NCBI GenBank assembly: GCA_965206595.1
Contig: OZ242214.1
Location: 2,496,001-2,560,000 of the forward strand
DNA from: Candidatus Latescibacterota bacterium
GTDB taxonomy: Bacteria > Latescibacterota > UBA2968 > UBA8231
Direction: 5' to 3'
Length of the DNA stretch: 64,000 nt
The position numbers and the translations under genes were made by a program. A model generated the notes under the pieces. It made no database searches, was not told where the DNA came from, and was given only the letters and a program-made list of their open reading frames with translations. Shown here piece by piece: positions 18,812 through 29,354 of this stretch (position 1 is its first letter; each line of letters starts with the position of its first letter).

Positions 18812-19405
18812 GTATAGGAAAAATGAGGCACCTTTTTTGACTCTCGGTCAAGGCGCTGAGCGCACCGCAAGGGTCCGGCAGCTCCCGGAGGATCGTTTGC
18901 CAATCCTTCGACCGAACTCGCAGTCCGGTCTGGTTGCCTGTAGTCCCGTATCCGGATCAATCCGGGGCCTGAGGGACCGTTGAGGGCACACCCAGCCGTA
19001 CCCCCGGCGACGGCGGCGGGTCGAAAAGGCAGGTCAGGCGGCCAACTCGAACAGCGGCTCAGGCGGGGCCCTCGGCGGGGGCCTCACCGGCAGCCCTACC
19101 CCCTCCAGATAGGGCCGGATCGAGGCCGGATCGGTCAGGGCGGCGATGATTCTCAGGCGACCGCCACAGGCCGCGCATTCGCTGAGGTCGGAGGAAAACA
19201 CCCGCGCCAGCAGGGTCGCCCACCGCAGCCGATGGCCGCAGGAGGCAGCGCTCGCCGAGCCGTCCGCCGCCGCCGGCTCGGCAACCGGCTGGGCCGGCAC
19301 GATGAGGTTGCGGGCCCGGGCCCGGGGCGCCAGGACCCCGTGGTAGCGTAGGAGATGGAGCCGGGGCGGGGGAACCAGAGCCGCCAGCTTCTCCAGCAGG
19401 TCCGC
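18812..19405 (-). mobile_element. IS91/ISCR-like remnant, copy C: transposase C-terminus plus intact oriIS end
   Basis: LLEKLAALVPPPRLHLLRYHGVLAP...WATLLARVF..D..ECAACGGRLRIIAALTDP; terminus TTTTTCCTATAC as in ISCR oriIS ends. Confidence 0.85.
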
Positions 19406-19429
19406 CGCCCCCGGCGGCTGCCATCACCC

Positions 19430-19456
19430 GTCATCCCCGACCTCGATCGGGGATCT
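19430..19456. repeat. REP-like palindrome
   Basis: GTCATCCCCGACCTCGATCGGGGATCT with ATCCCCGA/TCGGGGAT stem; single copy seen in window. Confidence 0.4.
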
Positions 19457-19623
19457 ACCGTCGCACTAGACAAATCCGGACGCCCCACACCCACCCAGTT
19501 GATAGCATTGGCATCGTGAAACCGGCTGGCATTCAGGCCGTCTTTGTTGATCGGTGCGACCACGAAGTATCCGCCCGAGTCGGCCGAGGTCCACGCTCAT
19601 AATGCCAACCGGATGCTCGCAAC

Positions 19624-19700
19624 GGACGGTTAGCTCAGCTGGTTAGAGCGTCTGTCTTACACACAGAAGGTCAGAGGTTCGAGTCCTCTACCGCCCACCA
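19624..19700 (+). tRNA. tRNA-Val(TAC)
   Basis: Cloverleaf: D arm GCTCAGCTGGTTAGAGC, anticodon arm TCTGT-CTTACAC-ACAGA, T arm AGAGG-TTCGAGT-CCTCT, encoded ACCA end; A3.C70 mismatch. Confidence 0.95.
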
Positions 19701-20081
19701 GACCAAGTATCCGGGTCTCAGCGGCTTCATAGACTGCCTGTCGGTAGTTCGAGTCCCCGCTACCTTTCGCCCGGGTGGAAGTGCCGGACGGGCAGTTCCC
19801 CTGGCCCCGGCCGTGTTGGCCAATACAGCACATGAAGACCGGACGCCAGCAGGGCCTGGAGATCAAGATAAAACCATCTCTTTGGGAATGACTGGCGATT
19901 CGCCATATAGGAAATCTTGATTGGAATGGTGTTCGCAAACTTACCGCATGGACGAATAGATTCCTTGAGGCAAGATTTGCGTTAACTTTGGAGACAGAAT
20001 CTTCCGAACCAACCCAATAAATGTTTTCTCGGAGCAGGATCGAAATGCCACAAAGCATGTGGCGCCAACTGCGATAAGGAG

Positions 20082-20347
20082 ATGACTACTCGAATGGAAC
20101 TGGTGCAACTGGTGGCTCAGGCCTTGGCCCAGACGTCATTCCGTACTGAGGATCGAGCGATTACTTCGGCGGAAGAGCTGCGCCAGACCCTCTCCGAGTC
20201 CTACTGGGGTGCGCCTGACAGGGCATTGGCTCTGTCAGCCCGGCCAGAGGTTTCGGATGAAACGGTAGATTGTTTGACCGCCGGTCTTCATCAGCGGTTG
20301 GACGCGCACGTCGATGCCTCCAGTGGCCGTGTCGGCCACTCATTAAG
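20082..20347 (+). pseudogene. Hypothetical protein 5' fragment truncated by IS1380
   Basis: AAGGAG RBS then ATG; ORF runs into the IS terminal repeat at 20348. Confidence 0.5.
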
Positions 20348-22207
20348 CCTTTGTTATTCATTCAACCCGCGCATAAGCGGACATAGGCGCTTCCGAGACC
20401 CCTTTGCTTAGCCTCAGAGGCTTGCGTCCCTTCTATAGTCGGCTTTTTGGGTAGAGCCGTCTCCTTATCTCTACCGACCTTGTTGAAATTGTACACGCCT
20501 TCTCGAAGACGCTTGCCTTTGCGAGCCCATCATCCCGACCGACCCGGCCTGCGCTTACGCCATCGCCGCGTCCACCGGTTTGAGCGTGGCCAGAAATCTC
20601 CACAGACGATCCCAGGCAGCCGCCGTCCCTTGGGTCAGGATGACGCCCACCCTGCGCCCATGCAAGGTGACGCGGGACGGCAGGCGCAGGTAGCGCCGTC
20701 GAAAACTGTCCAGGCTCAGGGCCGTCGTCGAGCGTCCGTATGTGCGGGGCCGCCCGCGTCGGGCCTCGGCGCGTTCGGCGGCCTGGCGGCCCAGGTGAAG
20801 CAGGTTGTAGGCCAGCAGGTTCAAGGTCAGAAGCGCCTGGTTGGCAGCGAAGGCATCCCGGGACGGGGTGCGCTGACGCGGCTCTCGACCCCGGTAGTGT
20901 TGCTTGCGACGGGTGGTAGAGGAGAGCTGAGGCTGGAGGGTGGAGCTCAACTCGCCGAGCATGCGCTCGAAAAGGCCGCGCTGACGATAAAAGGCGACCA
21001 GGTCGCGGCCGCTCATCGTCTGGGGACTCTGGTCGGTGATCAGGAAGAAGTGGCGGGCGATGGGCAGCTCTTCCGTCTCGGAAGGGACCAGGACCAACAC
21101 CACCCGCCGGGGCTGCGCCCAGGACCTGGCTTGATAGCGCAGCTCGCGACAGCGAAAACCCTCTTCCCGCAGCTCTTCCGGGTGCTGCGCCAGCTCCTGC
21201 TGATAGCCTTCCACCCAGGCACGAGCCAGCTCCTCCAGGCGCGCATTCTTCTTGATGCGCGCCACGTACGAGGTGTCGGCCCGCGCTTCCAGCTCACTCA
21301 GGAAAGACCCGCTCACCGAGGCCGCGTCGAAGCGCAGGATGAGGCGCCGGGCCAGATGCGACTGAATCCAGTCCAAGCGCTTGCCGAGAGCCTCTGAGGC
21401 GCCCTCATGGGCGTGCACGTTGCCCGGCCGCAGCACGGCACCGAAGAAATCGCCCGTCTGCGCCGAGCCGAGGAGCAGGGGATGGTACCCCGAGGCGTGG
21501 AAGTAGCCGTTGTATTCGACCCCCGCCTGGTGCCCGTGCGCCGGCATCGGCAGGGCATCCATGTCGACGGCCAACTCCTCGTATTTCATCCGTCCTTCCA
21601 GCAGCCGGCAACGAGACCGGGCGCTGCGCAGGACGGCTTCCTCCAACACCTCGCGGTTATAGGCAGTCGAGGCTTGCTCGAGCAGGCGCGACAGCGTCGG
21701 CTGACTGGCCAGTCCCTGCGGCCGGTCTTCGTCGCCGCTGCGCAACGGCGCCTGCCCTTTGCGATCGCTGACCGCCAGACGCAGGATCGGATCTTGGCGC
21801 AACGCGTCGGCGTCGGCGGCGTGGGTCCAGCCCTGTGCCAGCAGCACGATCTGTGTGCGCAGCAGCTCCGGCAGCGGGTGCGTGATCTGGTCTTGGGTAC
21901 GGAGATCCTCGAAGTGGGCGTCGACCCAATCCAGAACCCGGCTGTGTTCGAGCAGTTGACGCAACATCAGCGCACCGGTGTCGCTGCCAAGGTGGGTGGG
22001 GCGGGCTTCGATGTGGATGGAGCGGTTGAAAGACGGCTGAATCGGCCCGGCTTGCTCGGACTCGGTGTGTGACGGTAATTCACCCATTGGGTGTCCTACT
22101 GTGTGATGGGTTCAAAGGGCGATACTGCCTTGTGTTTCCCTCTGAAATCTAAGCATGGGAGGCACCCAGTACAGCCCTCTCCACTAAAATTCCATGAATA
22201 ACAAGGG
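20348..22207 (-). mobile_element. IS1380-family element
   Basis: IRs CCTTTGTTATTCAT and CCCTTGTTATTCAT (13/14); no flanking target duplication. Confidence 0.85.
20555..22087 (-). CDS. IS1380-family DDE transposase (DDE_Tnp_1_4)
   Basis: SDTGALMLR, ADALRQDP, LASQPTLSR, HGHQAGVEYNGYF...YHPL, LRPGN, LRFDAA, YRQRG..E. Confidence 0.92.
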   Translation of the reverse strand: MGELPSHTESEQAGPIQPSFNRSIHIEARPTHLGSDTGALMLRQLLEHSRVLDWVDAHFEDLRTQDQITHPLPELLRTQIVLLAQGWTHAADADALRQDPILRLAVSDRKGQAPLRSGDEDRPQGLASQPTLSRLLEQASTAYNREVLEEAVLRSARSRCRLLEGRMKYEELAVDMDALPMPAHGHQAGVEYNGYFHASGYHPLLLGSAQTGDFFGAVLRPGNVHAHEGASEALGKRLDWIQSHLARRLILRFDAASVSGSFLSELEARADTSYVARIKKNARLEELARAWVEGYQQELAQHPEELREEGFRCRELRYQARSWAQPRRVVLVLVPSETEELPIARHFFLITDQSPQTMSGRDLVAFYRQRGLFERMLGELSSTLQPQLSSTTRRKQHYRGREPRQRTPSRDAFAANQALLTLNLLAYNLLHLGRQAAERAEARRGRPRTYGRSTTALSLDSFRRRYLRLPSRVTLHGRRVGVILTQGTAAAWDRLWRFLATLKPVDAAMA

Positions 22208-23379
22208 GTCAAAAGACCCCAGCTTATCCAAAGACCCCAGCTCAACGGAAGGCTCAGCAGCCCGCCCACCAGTGTCAGCAGCACGTTTTCGGCGATGAAC
22301 TGGCCGACGAGCGCACGGGACGATCCGCCGAATGCCTTGCGGACGCCGATCTCGGCGGCGCGCTCCTCGATGCGGCTGATGTTGATGTTTACCAGGTGCA
22401 GCACCGGTAGCAACAGGATCAGCAGCACGACGCCGGCGGCAATCAATACCTTCCGCAGGACGAGGCCGGGGATGGCCGACCGCCATTCAGGACCGGCATC
22501 CACGAGGTCATCCCAGTCGGTTTCGATCACCCATTCCTCGAAGGCGGTGACGAGCGGGGCGAGTAGCAGGGAATCCTCTTCCACCGGCTCTACCCGCGGC
22601 AGCACCGCGGCGAATTCCGCCCGTATGCGCTCCTTGTCCTCCGGCCGCGGCGCCAGCACCGCGGCACTAAAATTGCCCCTCATCAGCCGGTAGGGACGCC
22701 ACTCCCGGGCCGGCGCCGTGGTCAGCGGCACCCATACATCGGTGCGGGAGCTCACCCTTTGGCTGCGGCCAGGGGCGACTACGCCGGCGACGCGGTGAGG
22801 CTGCCCGTCAAGAGGCACGCTTTTTCCCACGACCTCGGTCGATCCGAAGAACCGCTTGGCAAAGCTGTCGCTGATGACGGCGACGAAATCCCCGGCTTCG
22901 ACTTCGGCTGCGGTATAGGGGCGGCCCTGGATGAAGTCGAAGCTGAAGACCTCCCAGAAAGCGGCATCAGTCGATCGCACTTCCACACCGGCCTCCTCTG
23001 CCCCACCCTGCAACCCCCGGGTCTCTGGACGCTTGGAAAAGATCGCCACGTTCTCCGCGGTCTCGAGCGTCCGCACATACCGGTCCAGAAAAGCGTAACC
23101 AGGCGATACATTAAGCGTGCGTGAGAATCTATGGCCAGTGCGACCCTCTACTTCTATCGGAGTCGTCACATTTATTCCTATCGTCGAGAGGTGCAGGGTG
23201 CGGTCGTTGTGGATCTCCGGCGGCGCGTTCCCTGTTACTTGCCCGATTTCCATATCGAGGATCATCGTCGCCGTAATCGACGCGATCAGCGTGGAGCATA
23301 TCCCCAGCAGGTTGACGCCGGTGAAGAACTTGTGCCGCCAGAACACCTTGAGGGCGACCTTCACGTAGTTCTTCAGCAT
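22208..23379 (-). pseudogene. MacB/FtsX-type ABC permease, 3'-truncated by IS1380
   Basis: MLKNYVKVALKVFWRHKFFT paralog of 25445-26761; EIGVRKAFGG; last TM helix lost at the IS end. Confidence 0.82.
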
Positions 23380-23387
23380 CTCCTCCT

Positions 23388-23437
23388 CCTCAATTGGCCT
23401 GCCTGCCGCCGAAAAGCCGCACCGTGCGCCCGGTGCG
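23388..23437 (-). repeat. Relic of the ABC ATPase 3' end preceding the duplicated permease
   Basis: Encodes RTGRTVRLFGGRQAN* vs RTRRTVRLFDGRQVS* at 26775-26822. Confidence 0.7.
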
Positions 23438-23499
23438 CTCGGGGATGCCCTGGTGGTGGGTTACTCATAGCTGATTGTTGTACCTCGATACCACCGCAG

Positions 23500-24087
23500 T
23501 CAGTCAACCATCATGAGAATTGCACCTGCGGTCAGTACACCGGTCACAGTTCCGATTCCCCAAAAAGAACCGTCCCTGTTGCTTGCCTCTCTCCTCTCGC
23601 GAATCCGCCTTTGATAGCCATCCCGAAAGCCTTCGATATAACCATTCCCCTTTCCCCGTATGGCCTGATATGTCTCTTTCGACAATGGTGCATCACTACT
23701 ACCGGCATAGTATTCGCTTTGTAGAAGCAGGCCCATTATGCTGAACCCGATAATATGGCCGGACAACCACCACCACCTAGTCTCTTTCAATTCAACCACG
23801 CTCTTTACAACGCCGACTATGCCGAGGCCGCTTATATAGCCAGACAGCCACCACCGCTTTGTCCCCTTGAACTCAGCTGCCAGCTCTCCGTCGAAGAGCC
23901 CTTGATCCCTTGTATATTGGGGTAGAGCTGCTTGCCGGTCTCCGGACGGCCCCTGCGCCAGGACAAACCCCGGATGTATCCGCTCCTCGGGAAATTCGGG
24001 AACTCCAAATCGGGGCTCTGCCTGTACAGGGACCTTCTCCGATACATTCAAAACACCCAGCACTAAGATCACCGGCGGTAGCTTCAT
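23500..24087 (-). CDS. Hypothetical membrane protein
   Basis: AAGGAA RBS, hydrophobic segments, internal repeat TKRWWLSGYI/TRWWWLSGHI; AT-richer than flanks. Confidence 0.55.
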   Translation of the reverse strand: MKLPPVILVLGVLNVSEKVPVQAEPRFGVPEFPEERIHPGFVLAQGPSGDRQAALPQYTRDQGLFDGELAAEFKGTKRWWLSGYISGLGIVGVVKSVVELKETRWWWLSGHIIGFSIMGLLLQSEYYAGSSDAPLSKETYQAIRGKGNGYIEGFRDGYQRRIRERREASNRDGSFWGIGTVTGVLTAGAILMMVD

Positions 24088-24131
24088 GAAGTTTCCTTCT
24101 TTCGTACCAGGTTGTATCTCTCCTATTCGAC

Positions 24132-25448
24132 TCAGTCGTGATGCAACGCCTCGGCCGGGCGCACCCGCGCCGCCAGCCAACTGGGGTAGAGGCCGCACAG
24201 CAGCACTAGCGAATAGAGGGCTAGCGCCGTCGCTCCCAGGCCCCAGGCGACGACATGGGCCGGCAAATCGCTCCAGAAGATCGTGGGACCCAACATCTCC
24301 AACAGCCCGAACTGCAGGATCACCACACAGCCCAGCGCAATGGCCACGGTCACCAGCACCGCCAGTTCTCCCAGGAACTGTCCGTAGATGCGGCCGCCGG
24401 GCGCCCCCACCGCCCGCCGTATACCGATCTCCCGGGTGCGGCGGCGCACGTTTTGCCACGTCATGCCGGTCAGCCCCAGTGCCACCATGAGCGTCAACAG
24501 ACCGCTGATCCGAGCCGTGGACCCCACCCTCTGCAGTTTGACCAGACGATCAACCTCCCTGTTCGCCGCCAGTGACTCCACATTCACCCCCACAGTCCGC
24601 CCCGCCGGAACAACCGTCTGGATCCGCGATGATAGCGTTTCGTCGACAGCCGGTCCCGTGCCCGGATAGGACCTTACGAGGAAGTAGCACACGTTGCTCA
24701 CCGGATTTGCAAGCCACTGGTTGGAAATCCGCAGGAAGATGAAACCTGGTACATCGTTGGAGCTTCCGTACCAGTTGAATCTCCCGTAATAGAAACAGTC
24801 CTCCACGACCCCTACCACGCGGACCCGGTCCGGGGTGGGGGAATCGAACTCCTCTTGCAGATCGAGCAGATCGAGATCGAATACCGGCGAGTCTGCCAGG
24901 ACTTTGCCCAGAGGATCTTCGTCCCCAAACAGCACGCGGCCCAACTCCTGGTCGATGACGGCCGGCGTCCAGTCCAGGGCCTCGTCTTCGGGCTGGAACC
25001 AGCGCCCGCTCAGGAGCCGCGGCCTCAATACCTCCAACCCCTCATCCGAGATGTGGACGTACGAGATCCCGTTCCATGAGGCCGGGACAAGGAGGAATGG
25101 CACTTCGCTGGCGAGGGCTGCCGCCTGGACTTGGTCGAGCGCGCGCAGCTCTCTCCCCACTAGTTCGATACTGCCCTGGTACCCTGCTACGTACTCTGCT
25201 AAAGCCTCTGCTATAGCTTGTTCCCTGTCCTTGCCCCGGTCCAAGGGGGGAGGGGGGGTCTGATCCATCAACATGACCGACCACACGCCTTCGTGCTGGA
25301 ATCCCAGCGGCTTCAGCTGCTCCGCCGCGAAGAGTACACAGGCCACAACCAGGGGGGTCAGCACCAGGAACGACAGGAAGAGCTCGCCGACGAGCAACAG
25401 ATGGGTCCGCCGCCGATTCCACGCCAGGCGGCACAAGTGAGCGATCAT
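24132..25448 (-). CDS. MacB/FtsX-type ABC permease
   Basis: MIAHLCRLAWNRRR, RTREIGIRRAVGA, YPSWLAARVRPAEALH. Confidence 0.9.
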   Translation of the reverse strand: MIAHLCRLAWNRRRTHLLLVGELFLSFLVLTPLVVACVLFAAEQLKPLGFQHEGVWSVMLMDQTPPPPLDRGKDREQAIAEALAEYVAGYQGSIELVGRELRALDQVQAAALASEVPFLLVPASWNGISYVHISDEGLEVLRPRLLSGRWFQPEDEALDWTPAVIDQELGRVLFGDEDPLGKVLADSPVFDLDLLDLQEEFDSPTPDRVRVVGVVEDCFYYGRFNWYGSSNDVPGFIFLRISNQWLANPVSNVCYFLVRSYPGTGPAVDETLSSRIQTVVPAGRTVGVNVESLAANREVDRLVKLQRVGSTARISGLLTLMVALGLTGMTWQNVRRRTREIGIRRAVGAPGGRIYGQFLGELAVLVTVAIALGCVVILQFGLLEMLGPTIFWSDLPAHVVAWGLGATALALYSLVLLCGLYPSWLAARVRPAEALHHD

Positions 25449-26761
25449 TCTACCCTCCCGGTCAGTGCCTGGACAGGGTGCAGACGCGCCATTTTCCAGG
25501 CCGGCCAAGCTCCGGAGATGACCCCGAAGAACAGGGCGAGCAAGACCCCGTAGAAGTATGTGCGGATCAATACCCCGACATCCATGTACACATTTTGATC
25601 GAGTGCCAGTATGCCCCAGCTGATCGGCAGGCTGAGCGCCCCGCCGATCAGGGTGAGCAGCACGTTTTCCGCCACGAATTGCCCTACCAAGGTGCGGGTC
25701 GAAGCGCCGAACGACTTGCGCACCCCGATCTCGGAGGTGCGCTCCTCGATGCGGCCGATGCTGAGATTGACGAGGTGGAGCGCCGGCAGGAGCAGGAACA
25801 GAAGCATATAGCCTCCCAGGGTGAGCAGCCGCCGCCGGAGATAGTCGGCGACCACTTGGCGTCCGTCCACGCTGCTGCTATAGTCCTTCTTCCATCTTCC
25901 TCGGAGCCCCCACTCCTCCAGCTTTGTCACCAGCGGAGCGGATACTCCGGTGAGGACGAAGCGCTCATCGGGTGGAGGTTCCACCTGTTCCAGCACGGCC
26001 GCGAATTCCGCCCGGATGCGCTCCATATCCGCCGGCCGCCGCGCCAGCACCGCCGCCCTGAACTGTCCCGAAAGCTTGTAGGTGCGCCAGACCTCGGGAG
26101 GAGCGGTGGTTACCGGCACCCAGACATCGGCGTGGATTCTCATCCCTCTCTCCCGGTAGGAATAGGTATGCCGAACGTCGGTCACCACGCCGACCACGCG
26201 GTAGTTCTGTCCGTCGATGGGCACGCTCTTGCCCACAACCTCCTCCGAGCCGAAGAAGCGTCGGCTGAATCCGGCGGGGATCACGGCGACCTTGGCGCCC
26301 GATGTCACCTCCGAGGTCCCATAGGGCCGGCCCTGGCGGAAGTCGAAGCGGAAGACCTCCCAGAACGCCCCATCGGTCAACATCACCTGCAGATGGCTCT
26401 CCTCCGCCCCTCCTTGCATTCCCCGGGAATCGGCATGAGAGAACACCGTCACGTTTTCCGCCGTTTCCAGGCGACGCACATAGCGGTCCAGAAACGCGTA
26501 ACCAGGCCTATAGTTCCGGAGTACGGCCTTCGCTGGACTGAGAGATGAGTCGGTTGCAGTAAACTTCGGGAACAGCCAGTCGAGATACAGGGTGCGGTCG
26601 GAGTGGACCTCAGGCGGCACCGGCCCCACCTCCTGGTCCAAAAAGGCCGCGGCCAGCATAAGCACCACCAAGGTGAAACAGATCCCGAACAGGTTGACGC
26701 AGGTGAAGAACTTGTGCCGCCAGAATACCTTGAGGGCGACCTTCAGATAGTTCTTCAGCAT
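25445..26761 (-). CDS. MacB/FtsX-type ABC permease
   Basis: MLKNYLKVALKVF, ERTSEIGVRKSFGA, PAWKMARLHPVQAL. Confidence 0.92.
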   Translation of the reverse strand: MLKNYLKVALKVFWRHKFFTCVNLFGICFTLVVLMLAAAFLDQEVGPVPPEVHSDRTLYLDWLFPKFTATDSSLSPAKAVLRNYRPGYAFLDRYVRRLETAENVTVFSHADSRGMQGGAEESHLQVMLTDGAFWEVFRFDFRQGRPYGTSEVTSGAKVAVIPAGFSRRFFGSEEVVGKSVPIDGQNYRVVGVVTDVRHTYSYRERGMRIHADVWVPVTTAPPEVWRTYKLSGQFRAAVLARRPADMERIRAEFAAVLEQVEPPPDERFVLTGVSAPLVTKLEEWGLRGRWKKDYSSSVDGRQVVADYLRRRLLTLGGYMLLFLLLPALHLVNLSIGRIEERTSEIGVRKSFGASTRTLVGQFVAENVLLTLIGGALSLPISWGILALDQNVYMDVGVLIRTYFYGVLLALFFGVISGAWPAWKMARLHPVQALTGRVE

Positions 26762-26774
26762 GCCCCTCTCCTCC

Positions 26775-27440
<666 letters not shown>

Positions 27441-27450
27441 GGCTGCCTCC

Positions 27451-28728
27451 TTATCTGATCCGGACTTCGTCCATGTGCAGGTAGTTCTTCATGCTTGAAA
27501 TGATCACCTCGTCCCCTTCCAACAAGCCCTCCACCACTTCGTAGTACTCGAAATTCGCCAGGCCGATGCGGACCTCCGTCTTCACCGCGGTCTCGCCGTG
27601 GACGACGAAGACCTCGTGGAGACCGGCGCCGCCGTTGATGAACGGCCCCCGCGCCAACCGCAGGGAGCGCTCCTTGCGGGCGGTGACGATGTAGGCGTCG
27701 ACCCGCTGGTTGGGCCGCAGCAAGGGGTGCGCCGGGTCGTCCAGCTCGACCTCGAGATCGATGACGTTGTCGTCCACCGTGGGAAGGATGCGGGAGATGC
27801 GCCCCTCGACGTACGCCTCCTCGCGGATGCGCAGGCGCACCGGCAGCCCGGTCCGGAGCCGTTGGGCGTGGATGTCGGAAACCCTGACGTCGACGCGGAA
27901 GGAGCTGAGGTCGGCGACGCGGGCGATCTCCTGGCCCTGGCCGATCGGGGCTCCGACCACCGGGGAGACCGAGGTGAGCACGCCCTCCCTGTCGGCGCGG
28001 ATATGGGCCCGCTCCAGGCGGCGGCGCACTTCCTCCCCCTCGCGTTCGAGGGTCTTTATCTCCAGCTGCAGGGCCTGCAGCCGGGCCCGCGTCGACTCGA
28101 TCAGGTTGCGGCGGTTCTCTTCGAGCTGCTGCAGCTCGATGCCGGCGCGCTCCTCCTCGAGCTGGGCCTGGCGCAGCTGCTCCCCGGAAACCGCGCCGAT
28201 TCTCTGCAGCTCCTGGTACTGGGCGGTGCGGGTCTGCCGGCGCTCCAGGTCCAGTTTCTTCAGGCGCCGGTTCGTCTCCAGGTCGCTGAGACTCTTGCGC
28301 TCCTCCAGCTCGATCCGGGTGCGCTGGTTCTGCTTGAGCGCCAGCTCTTCCGCCCGTTTCTCGACCTCGAGCCGCGCCGCGTTCAGGTCGAGCTCGACGA
28401 TCGCCTCTCCCTGCCGCAGCAGGTCCCCCGGTTTGCGCAGAATGCGCACGAGACGGGTGTTGACGGGACTGAAGAGGATCTGCTCGAACCGGGGCACCAC
28501 CGTGCCGGAAGCGCTGATCGTCTCCTCCACGGCTCCCCGCTGCACCTGCGCGGTGCGGATGCGGCCGGAGTCCACCGACGGCCTGATCCAGCCGGGCAGC
28601 CAGACGAATAGCGAGACGAGCGCCGCCAGTCCGGCCAGGGAACGGGCTATCTGTTTGCAGCGGCGTCGGCGCCGGAACGCCGGGTCCAGCGGCCGGTCCA
28701 TCGGGTCCGGTCGAACAGCTTCATCCAT
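27451..28728 (-). CDS. Periplasmic adaptor (HlyD/MFP) of tripartite exporter
   Basis: Single TM, ETISASGTVVP, long coiled coil, VEGLLEGDEVIIS; start at MDEAVR with GGAGG RBS. Confidence 0.9.
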   Translation of the reverse strand: MDEAVRPDPMDRPLDPAFRRRRRCKQIARSLAGLAALVSLFVWLPGWIRPSVDSGRIRTAQVQRGAVEETISASGTVVPRFEQILFSPVNTRLVRILRKPGDLLRQGEAIVELDLNAARLEVEKRAEELALKQNQRTRIELEERKSLSDLETNRRLKKLDLERRQTRTAQYQELQRIGAVSGEQLRQAQLEEERAGIELQQLEENRRNLIESTRARLQALQLEIKTLEREGEEVRRRLERAHIRADREGVLTSVSPVVGAPIGQGQEIARVADLSSFRVDVRVSDIHAQRLRTGLPVRLRIREEAYVEGRISRILPTVDDNVIDLEVELDDPAHPLLRPNQRVDAYIVTARKERSLRLARGPFINGGAGLHEVFVVHGETAVKTEVRIGLANFEYYEVVEGLLEGDEVIISSMKNYLHMDEVRIR

Positions 28729-28932
28729 GCGGCCTCCGGCCGTCCCAGGCCGCAAACCCTTCGGGTCGGACACGCTCGACCGGCGCTCCGGAGGCGGGGC
28801 TCCGTTGCTTCCCGGTATGCGGGGTTCGACACGGATGCGCGCCTCCCCCGCGGGCCCCGGGTCTCTGCCCGGGCTGCGGAACCATTTCTTCAACGGGATC
28901 ACCGGGTTGCCAAGCTCCTTCCGCCCCTTCCA

Positions 28933-29021
28933 TACAATTTCCGTGCCAGGGTTCAGCCGCTTCTCTTTACCCTGTGTGCGGACTTGAACTGGGTGCCGGT
29001 GTCCCTGTTCGATTTCGAACA
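28933..29021 (-). promoter_or_regulatory. Candidate sigma-54 promoter plus upstream palindrome
   Basis: Minus strand TGGCACGGAAATTGTA (28948-28933; -24 perfect, -12 GT instead of GC); palindrome TGTTCGATTTCGAACA at 29006-29021. Confidence 0.5.
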
Positions 29022-29354
29022 GCCGCAACCGATTCCGGACACTCCGCTCCTGAGTTGCGTCCGCCTCGAGGCGAAGCTGGGCGTCTCCACCGTTGGCCTG
29101 GTATCCGGGAGTACTACCTGGGAAATCCGGGCCTTGGCTGTCTTTCAATCAGAGCCTGGATGATTATCAATCAGGGCGTGATTGATTTGCAGGGACTGGA
29201 GACTGCTTGCCCGGAAGATCCTTGCGACTTTGTCTTCGTCCCGGTGAGGGGGTTCATGCCTCCTGGTGCAGTCCACCGGACACGCCGGAGAGGCGACGCC
29301 CCTCTTGGCCTGCGAACCGCCGTCTTCATCAACCCAACCCACGGGAGAACAGCC

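Noticed and set aside
19747-19764. Second GTTCGAGTCC T-loop-like motif after the tRNA
   Set aside because: No cloverleaf, and similarity is too short to call a tRNA or att duplicate.
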